Source: Candidatus Cloacimonadota bacterium
GTDB lineage: Bacteria; Cloacimonadota; Cloacimonadia; Cloacimonadales; TCS61
Assembly (NCBI GenBank): GCA_018645365.1
Contig: JABGOP010000005.1
Span: 440-64,439, forward strand
Length of the DNA stretch: 64,000 bases
Direction: 5' to 3'
The position numbers were made by a program, and so were the translations under genes. The first letter of the stretch is position 1. Every line of letters begins with the position of its first letter. The notes under the pieces were generated by a model. That model was given only the letters and a program-made list of their open reading frames with translations. It was not told the DNA's origin and did no database searches. Shown one piece after another: positions 27,813 to 35,100 of the stretch.

Positions 27813-28307
27813 ATGCAGATTTCTGACCTTGTTGCCATCGGTAAACTTGGAAATAAAATTGATAAAAAGGGATTTATCCCATTCATCAAATTTACAAATT
27901 TCCAACCGCAATACCTTACCGATGTATTTTTGGTCTTTACAGATAATAGAGTGAGATATGTAAGTATCGTTGAAACCTCGACAATTAGAGGTTTTAGCGT
28001 AAAATTAGACGATACAGAAACAGCAAATAATGTCGCTTATATTGGCAATGTAAAAGTGATGATTGCTCAAACTGAAATTGTAGAAAATTCAAACAAAATT
28101 GAAAAATTTATCGGGAAAAATGCTGTTTACAAAAATAGCGAAATTGGAATTGTGAAAAATACTTTCGACAATTCAGCACATCTCGTTTTAGTAGTTGAGC
28201 TGAAAAATAAGAAAGAACTTCTTGTTCCAATTGTCGATTATTACCTCGGTAAAATTGATGATAAATTTGTTTTTCTGAAAAACATCGACGAACTGCTAAG
28301 TTTATGA
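27813..28307 (+). CDS. rimM: 16S rRNA processing protein RimM
   Basis: 164 aa. N-terminal VAIGKLGN...KG beta-barrel pattern, PRC-barrel-like C-terminus, conserved operon position. Confidence 0.8.
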   Translation: MQISDLVAIGKLGNKIDKKGFIPFIKFTNFQPQYLTDVFLVFTDNRVRYVSIVETSTIRGFSVKLDDTETANNVAYIGNVKVMIAQTEIVENSNKIEKFIGKNAVYKNSEIGIVKNTFDNSAHLVLVVELKNKKELLVPIVDYYLGKIDDKFVFLKNIDELLSL

Positions 28308-28984
28308 AAATTGACGTTTTGACGCTTTTTCCAAAAATGTTTGAAAACTTTCTGCAAGAAAGCATGGTTAAAAAAGCAATCGATGTGAAAGCAATCGATG
28401 TGAAAATCACTAACATTCGTGATTTTGCAAAAGATAAACACCACACAACAGATGATTATCCGTACGGTGGTGGTGCCGGAATGGTGATGAAACCAGAACC
28501 AATTTACGACGCCATTCAAGCTGTGCAGAAAAACGAAAATGTGCCGATTATCTACTTCACACCACAAGGCAAACTGCTCAAACAAAAAACAGTCAATCGT
28601 TACAGTCAAATTGACCGAATTATCATTTTGTGTGGGCACTATAAAGAGATTGATCAGCGCATTCGAGATTTGGTGATTACTGCCGAATATTCGATTGGAG
28701 ACTATGTTCTCTCTGGCGGAGAAATCCCCGCAATGGTGATGATAGACGCACTGGCAAGATTGCAAGATGGTGTTTTGGGTAACATAACTTCGGCATTAGA
28801 TGATTCACACCAAAATGGACTTTTGGGTTGTCCACACTACACGCGTCCACCCGAATTTATGGGTTTGAAAGTGCCCGATATTCTGCTTTCTGGGAACCAC
28901 CGTAAAATTGAAGAATGGCGTGAAGAAAAATCTCTCGAAATCACCGAGAAAAACAGACCAGATTTACTAAAAGAGATCTCGTGA
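28304..28984 (+). CDS. trmD: tRNA (guanine37-N1)-methyltransferase
   Basis: 226 aa. LTLFPKMF, DDYPYGGGAGMVM, CGHYKEID, GDYVLSGGE. Confidence 0.95.
   Translation: MKIDVLTLFPKMFENFLQESMVKKAIDVKAIDVKITNIRDFAKDKHHTTDDYPYGGGAGMVMKPEPIYDAIQAVQKNENVPIIYFTPQGKLLKQKTVNRYSQIDRIIILCGHYKEIDQRIRDLVITAEYSIGDYVLSGGEIPAMVMIDALARLQDGVLGNITSALDDSHQNGLLGCPHYTRPPEFMGLKVPDILLSGNHRKIEEWREEKSLEITEKNRPDLLKEIS
28373..28402 (+). repeat. perfect 15-bp tandem duplication (AAAGCAATCGATGTG x2) inside trmD, encoding KAIDV-KAIDV
   Basis: Read directly from the sequence. In frame. Confidence 0.9.
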
Positions 28985-29526
28985 AAAATATTTATGTCGG
29001 CTTAGTTCATCATCCTGTTTACAATAAATTTGGAGAGGTTGTTACAACTTCCATCACAAATTTGGACATTCACGATATCGCGCGGAGTTGCCGCACATTT
29101 GGTGTGAAAAAATTTTTCATTATCACACCACTTGAAAGCCAAAAAAAATTACTGGAAAGAGTTTTGAAATTTTGGAATAGTGAAATCGCGATCAAATATA
29201 ATCCCGACCGAGTTGATGCTTTATCTATCGTCGAATGTGCACAAAATTTAACAGACGCAAAAAAAAAAATAAATACACAGGAAGAAAGATGTCTTCTGAT
29301 TTCCACAACTGCTGCAAACCTAAATAACCAATTGACTTTTGAAGATTTTGGTGATTTAGAAAACTCAGTTTTCCTCCTTTTTGGAACGGGAAACGGGTTG
29401 ACCAAAGAGATTCATAATTCCGCAGATTATGTTTTAAAACCAATCGACGGAGCCAGTGAATACAATCATCTTTCGGTCAGAAGTGCTGTAGCGATCGTGT
29501 TAGACAGAATTTCTTCCGAGAAATAA
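28981..29526 (+). CDS. putative SPOUT-type SAM-dependent RNA methyltransferase (COG4752 / Methyltrn_RNA_4-like)
   Basis: 181 aa. GTG start in a GTGA overlap with the trmD stop. N-terminus [37 protein letters not shown] matches my recollection of this family, which sits between trmD and rplS in some genomes. Confidence 0.55.
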   Translation: MKNIYVGLVHHPVYNKFGEVVTTSITNLDIHDIARSCRTFGVKKFFIITPLESQKKLLERVLKFWNSEIAIKYNPDRVDALSIVECAQNLTDAKKKINTQEERCLLISTTAANLNNQLTFEDFGDLENSVFLLFGTGNGLTKEIHNSADYVLKPIDGASEYNHLSVRSAVAIVLDRISSEK

Positions 29527-29536
29527 AGGAGGAATT

Positions 29537-29884
29537 ATGGATATAATTCATGAAATTGGCAAAGAGCAGTTAAGAACCGACCATCCTGATTTTAATGTGG
29601 GAGATACTGTAAAAATTCATTATCGCATTAAAGAGGGTTCAAAAGAAAGAATTCAGATTTTTCAGGGAATCATTATCAGAAAACGCGGTGCACAAATCTC
29701 AAAAACTTTCACCGTAAGAAAAATTAGTAACGGAATTGGCGTGGAAAGAATTTTCCCAACCCATTCTCCGCTAATTAAGCAAATTGATGTTGTCAGATTT
29801 GGACGAGTCCGCAGAGCCAAACTTTTCTATCTCAGAAAAGCAAAAGGAAAAGCTGCTCGTGTCAAAGAAAAAAAGAGATACTAA
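29537..29884 (+). CDS. rplS: 50S ribosomal protein L19
   Basis: 115 aa. [35 protein letters not shown]. Confidence 0.95.
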   Translation: MDIIHEIGKEQLRTDHPDFNVGDTVKIHYRIKEGSKERIQIFQGIIIRKRGAQISKTFTVRKISNGIGVERIFPTHSPLIKQIDVVRFGRVRRAKLFYLRKAKGKAARVKEKKRY

Positions 29885-29885
29885 T

Positions 29886-29917
29886 AAAAAAGCCCCGAAT
29901 TTTTCGGGGCTTTTTTA
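29886..29917. terminator. rho-independent terminator, probably bidirectional, between convergent rplS and thioesterase genes
   Basis: AAAAA-AGCCCCGAA-TTT-TTCGGGGCT-TTTTT: a 9-bp GC-rich stem flanked by an A-run and a T-run. Confidence 0.8.
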
Positions 29918-29958
29918 TGGTTTATTTTCGCAACTATTCCCAAAAAGTGAGATTAATT

Positions 29959-30351
29959 TTACCCAATAAAACTTTGAAAATGTTCGTTCAACTCTTTCGA
30001 GATACGGAATGGTTTGCCTTTTTTGATAAAAACGGCTTGCACAATCGCCACATTACAAAGCTCATTTTTATTGTTATAAATTTCTTGTTGCCAAATACTT
30101 TTTAAACGATTTGCGGTAATTATTTCTGATTTTACCAAAATTTTTTCTTCCAATTCCACCCCTTTTTTAAAATCCAATTCTATCTTAGTAAGGTAAATTG
30201 CAATCCCCATTTCTCGTAATTTCCGAATCGGCAAATCTATCTGCTCCAAAGCATCTGCACGTGCTTCCTCGTATAATTTCAGGTAATTTGCATTGTTTAA
30301 ATGACCGTAAATATCGCACTCAAAACCAAAAATTCTGCGTTCATATTTCAT
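29959..30351 (-). CDS. acyl-CoA thioesterase, hotdog fold (YbgC/4HBT family)
   Basis: 130 aa from ATG 30351 (GGAGG RBS 5 nt upstream; the track ORF begins 16 codons earlier). ECDIYGHLNNANYLKLYEEAR is typical of 4HBT thioesterases. Confidence 0.75.
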   Translation of the reverse strand: MKYERRIFGFECDIYGHLNNANYLKLYEEARADALEQIDLPIRKLREMGIAIYLTKIELDFKKGVELEEKILVKSEIITANRLKSIWQQEIYNNKNELCNVAIVQAVFIKKGKPFRISKELNEHFQSFIG

Positions 30352-30437
30352 TGCATCCTCCAATTGGTGGAAAACTATAATTGACGGTTTTGTTGACAAT
30401 ATTTTTTTCTCTACATCTTAAAATAAGGAGGTGAATT

Positions 30438-31190
30438 GTGGGATTTTCGGAAAAAAAATTTTTAGCAATGTCACATCAAAAGCAAGAACAGAATATTTTG
30501 AAACTTTTTTCCAAAATTGAGAAATTTTGGAATTTTGAGGGAAGACACATAGACTTATTAAACGAGTTGCAAATGTGTTTAAGCTGGTTAAATTACGAAA
30601 CACCGTCTAATTTACAAAAACTAACATATCGCGAATTTTTAACACAAATAGTTCCGATTGAACAAAAATTTGGTCGTAACTTAAAAGATGATGAAATTAT
30701 TATTTTACAAAAAGATGGTGCGAAACAACCACAAAATAAAATTGAAATTACACTTATTTTGGATAATTTGCGTTCTGCTTTTAATGTCGGCTCTATCTTC
30801 CGAACTGCTGAATGTTTCGGAATTTCCAAGATTTATTTATGTGGCTACACCCCCAATCCAACGAATCAAAAAGTTACTAAAACAGCAATGGGAACTGAAA
30901 ACTTTGTTGATTGGGAAAAATGCGATTCAACCGATAAATTGATCAGACAATTAAAAAACGAAAATGTACAAATTTATGCCCTCGAAACAGTCGAAAGTGC
31001 CAAATTAATTTCGGAAGCAGACATCAGAGAGCCAGCAGCAATAGTTATTGGCAATGAAGCATTGGGCATCTCGAGCAAAATCTTGCAACTCGCAGACGAA
31101 ATTATTCAAATCCCTATTTTTGGTTGGAAAAATTCGCTAAATGTGGGAGTTGCAACCGCAATTTGCTGTTACGAAATCAGGAGGAAATAA
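30438..31190 (+). CDS. TrmH/SpoU-family RNA 2'-O-methyltransferase with uncharacterised N-terminal domain
   Basis: 250 aa. GTG start after a GGAGG RBS. C-terminal SPOUT motifs LDNLRSAFNVGSIFRTAE, VIGNEALGIS, IPIFGWKNSLNVGVATAI. Confidence 0.8.
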   Translation: MGFSEKKFLAMSHQKQEQNILKLFSKIEKFWNFEGRHIDLLNELQMCLSWLNYETPSNLQKLTYREFLTQIVPIEQKFGRNLKDDEIIILQKDGAKQPQNKIEITLILDNLRSAFNVGSIFRTAECFGISKIYLCGYTPNPTNQKVTKTAMGTENFVDWEKCDSTDKLIRQLKNENVQIYALETVESAKLISEADIREPAAIVIGNEALGISSKILQLADEIIQIPIFGWKNSLNVGVATAICCYEIRRK

Positions 31191-32125
31191 TGAAAAATTT
31201 TTCGATATTCATCATCAAATTACTCACCTTAGTCGTATTGTTATTCACAATTGGTTACCTCATCTGGAATATATTTCAACCCGAAAAAGCAATTGAAACT
31301 CCAGTTTACAAAGAGTTTTATGCTGTAAAAATTTACAGTTCGAAAAATCGCATAAAGACAGAAAATTTGTGCAAAAAATTAGCGAATTTTGATTACGATA
31401 GCACCATCAAAAAAAAATCAACTTTTTATCAACTGTGGCTTTCAGATATTTTTTTAAAAGATGACGCAATCGAAATTGGCGATAAATTAAAATACGATTT
31501 TATGGAAATTTCCAGTTATTATTTGGTAGAGCAAAAAACAAAAATATTGCTTTCTGAGAAAATAATTTCCTTCCCAAAAACAGAAAAAAAAGAAAAAACA
31601 TTAGATGAAATCGTCCTATCAGTTGATGAAATTAATAACACTACGGATGAGAAAATAACAAATTTTACAGTTCAACTCTTAGCAAGTTCAGACAAAAGCA
31701 TTTTGCGAAAATGGCAAAAAAAATTAGAAAAAGATAATATTTTAACCAAAATTTCAAAAATAATTAAAAATGACAAAAATATCTATCGACTTCGATTATC
31801 TGCAAATTTCATAGATAAAAAAGTAGCAAATGAAAAAGGAATTTTCATCAAAAATAATTACAATTTCATTACAGATTTTTGGATTACGAAAAGTGTCACA
31901 CCAAAAAATATTATCAAGCCAACTCCTCAAAAAATGGTTTGCAAAGCAGATTATGTCAACATCCGCATTGGACCAGGTGCTTATTACGAAATTGATAAAA
32001 TCGGCAAATTAATGAAAGATATTTCCATCTATCCAATTCGCACCAAAAATGGCTGGATAGAATTTTCCATCACACCAAACGATACAACCTGGTCTGGCTG
32101 GGTAAAAAAAGATTTTTTGAAATAA
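31190..32125 (+). CDS. membrane-anchored protein with SPOR-like repeats and C-terminal SH3b domain
   Basis: 311 aa from ATG 31190 (AGGAGGAAATA-ATG, TAATG overlap). N-terminal TM helix. Two SPOR-like segments (YAVKIYSS..., FTVQLLASSDK...YRLRLS). C-terminus VNIRIGPGAYYEIDKIG...GWIEF...SGWV is SH3b-like. Confidence 0.55.
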   Translation: MKNFSIFIIKLLTLVVLLFTIGYLIWNIFQPEKAIETPVYKEFYAVKIYSSKNRIKTENLCKKLANFDYDSTIKKKSTFYQLWLSDIFLKDDAIEIGDKLKYDFMEISSYYLVEQKTKILLSEKIISFPKTEKKEKTLDEIVLSVDEINNTTDEKITNFTVQLLASSDKSILRKWQKKLEKDNILTKISKIIKNDKNIYRLRLSANFIDKKVANEKGIFIKNNYNFITDFWITKSVTPKNIIKPTPQKMVCKADYVNIRIGPGAYYEIDKIGKLMKDISIYPIRTKNGWIEFSITPNDTTWSGWVKKDFLK

Positions 32126-32128
32126 CTT

Positions 32129-35100
32129 CTATCGGTTATTCGCCGCCTTAATTTTATAGAAATATCGTTGTAAAAGTCCATCTGTCCAATTCAATTCTCT
32201 CACTGTGGCTGTAAAATTGTAGGTTCCATTGGGAGTTGTACTTTTGTAGATATTATATCTAATCGCACCTGGAATTTCGTTCCAACTTAACTGTATCGTA
32301 GTAGAAAGTGCAATAGCAATATTAGGGGTTGAAAGTGTTGCTAATTGCGTAAAACTATTGGCACCAACATCAGAAATTGTACCATCTTCATCAATTGTAG
32401 AAGGATCACCTGCGTCGATACATTCAGAAGTCCAATTCAAATGAAGAAAATCTACATCAGCTGAATCTACACTTGTAAATTGAGGATCTACATTGATGTT
32501 ATTAAGACCAGTATAACCACCCAAAATATTGTTGTAATTTACCGTCAAAACCGAACCAGTTTCATCAATTCCGTTTGTAACATGCCAAACAATATTATTA
32601 GTGAAATCTGCCACTGTATTTTGTGCCACAAAGCCAGTATTGTAATTATAAATGGTATTGTCAAACACATTTAATCCACTTGCATTTTCTGCAGAAATAG
32701 CGACAGAACTACCCATATTTTCGAGATAGAGCAAATTCTCATAAATTTTTGGAACAGCTTCTGAAATTACAATCGCTGAATCACATGCTGTAATTTCATT
32801 TGAATGAGTTTCACCTGCTACATTACCTAAAATTCTAATCCCTACATTTCCATTTCGGGTACGCTGTGGACTGTTTAAAACACGATTATTCGTTAAAGTA
32901 GGTGTCGAGGTATCTGCTTCATCATTACCAAATTCGATACCAGTTTCATAACCATTAACGAAATTAGAATCAACTTCTATATACTTTATATTTTGAATCC
33001 AAATTCCTTTTTGACCTTCTTCTCGAGTGCGTTGAGGACTTGTGAGAACACGATTATTCGTTAAAGTAGGTGTTTCTTCTTCTGCCAAAGCTGGTCCAGA
33101 AAAATCATAAACAATTCCGAATGGATACTCTTCAATTTCATTATCAATTATATCAGCAGAAACATAACCATCAATTAAAATGCCATTACCCGTCCCACTA
33201 TGTTCTCGTGAATATTGTGGAGTCGTAACCACACTATTATTCATTACCGTTGGAGTTGCAAGCGTTCCAGAATCATTTACAATCACAATTCCATTGTCAT
33301 AACCATCAATGACATTATCTTCGATTGTAGCTGTACTCGAACCAGAAATTGAGATTCCATTTGAAGTTGTACGACTTAAATTCGTAATATCACATAAAAT
33401 CGAATTATTCGTTATGATTGGTGACGAGATCGAAGTACCTAATCTGTTATCAATCAAAATTCCACTTTCGAAATCTTCAAAAATATTGTTCTCGATAATT
33501 GGATTTGCATTTTCCATAATTTTGAGACCGTATGCACCGCGTCGCAACGCAGTATCTGGATTACCTGTAAATATACAATTTTTAATGGTTGGACTTGCAC
33601 CATTTACTGTGAGTGCGGTCGAAGTATCAAAGAAAAAACAGTTTTCCAAAACACTATTTTCGGAATTTGAGATTGTAATGCCACCCCACTCACCTTCGCG
33701 ACTAGTGTTATTTACAAAAATCAAACTGTCACCATTTATGGTACCGTTCACACTAATATCGATATTTCCGTTAATAATGATGTATGAGCCCGCTTCAATG
33801 TTGAGAGTATCGTTTTCTTGAATGGTAATGCTTGTATTCAAATTGTAAGGTGAATTTGCGTAAGTCCAATCACCTTCAATATTTGCATCTTCATCCACAT
33901 CGGTTCCATTTTCTTGCAAAGCAACTGTAATATAATTTTCTTTGATTATTTCTGAACTACCACCATCACACAAAATAAGCAACTTTACCGTGTAAGTCCC
34001 TTGGTGATAATATGTCCACTCTGGCTCATCTTGATTTGAATCATAAATTCCATCGTTGTCAAAATCCCAAAAATACTGATATGGATAACCACCCGATTCA
34101 TCTTCAAAATTCACTTCCAACGGTGCTCTACCCTCAACAATATCTGCGGAAAACTCGGCATTAACCGTTTGAATAGGTTCAAGTGCCATATTTAATGCTT
34201 CCACCTCACCCGGTGTTATATCTACTCCCCACCATTCGTTTGCATAACTGGGAGCTACAAACATCAGCTCATAATGACCAGCTGGCAAACTCAAAGAATA
34301 AAACCCATTTTCATCTGTCATAGTAGTAATATTATCAATACCCTCAGAATCATCAGTTTCAATGTGCACATAAGCAAAAATTGGTTCACCATTATCTTCA
34401 TTTGTAACATAACCTTGCAAAAATCCTGCATTTGCAGTTTGGTTGATGTAAATATTATCAATCATCCAAAAAACGATGTTATAAGAATTTGTACCTGAAA
34501 CAATAAACCTAATTTTGAAGTCATTATTTCCAACTATTTCAGTAATATTAAATTGTTCCGTAGTCCACCAAATACTTCCATCTACATTGGAGTATTCGGT
34601 AACCGTTGTCCATTGTCCATTCACACCAACTTCCGTTTTCAAATACTCGACTGTGGGTTGTGGCGCCCAACTTAAATTACGCATTCGTAGTTGATAATTT
34701 AAAAAAATGTCGGCTTGCTCACTCGGGTGTAATGCTGGTGATTCGAGTGCATAAGAATAATTTTCTCGAATTGGCTGAGATCTAAAGATAGCAGCTGGTG
34801 CTGGCCTACCTTGCCCTTGTCCATACTCATTTGCCTCCGTCATCTCCCAATTACCTTCATCTGGAAAATACGACCACCCTGCTGGCTCATCCCAATTTTC
34901 CACAAAAGGAAGTGATTGTGCTGGCATATTCTCTAAAGTAAAATCAACTTCATAAACCATACTTTCTTCAACTTCAACATTTTCCATAATTGCTGTTTGA
35001 TAAGAATTAGCAGAACAAACCACATTGTAGGTGCCATGTGGAAGCGTCATCAAATACGCTCCAGTTTCATCGGTGATAACCGACTGATTACCAGCCGAGA

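Noticed and set aside
27348-27911. 187-aa and 111-aa ORFs antisense to the rpsP tail, the KH gene and the rimM 5' end
   Set aside because: Their Phe/Val/Ser-rich sequence is the mirror image of Lys-rich coding on the other strand. They have no RBS and lie fully inside well-supported conserved genes.
28241-28765. 174-aa ORF antisense to trmD. The same reasoning covers similar antisense ORFs at 1811..2410, 7861..8316, 13897..14334, 39551..40009, 61455..61859 and 63139..63594.
   Set aside because: All are embedded in strongly supported genes on the opposite strand. Their sequences are low-complexity or hydrophobic and typical of reverse frames, and they lack translation signals.
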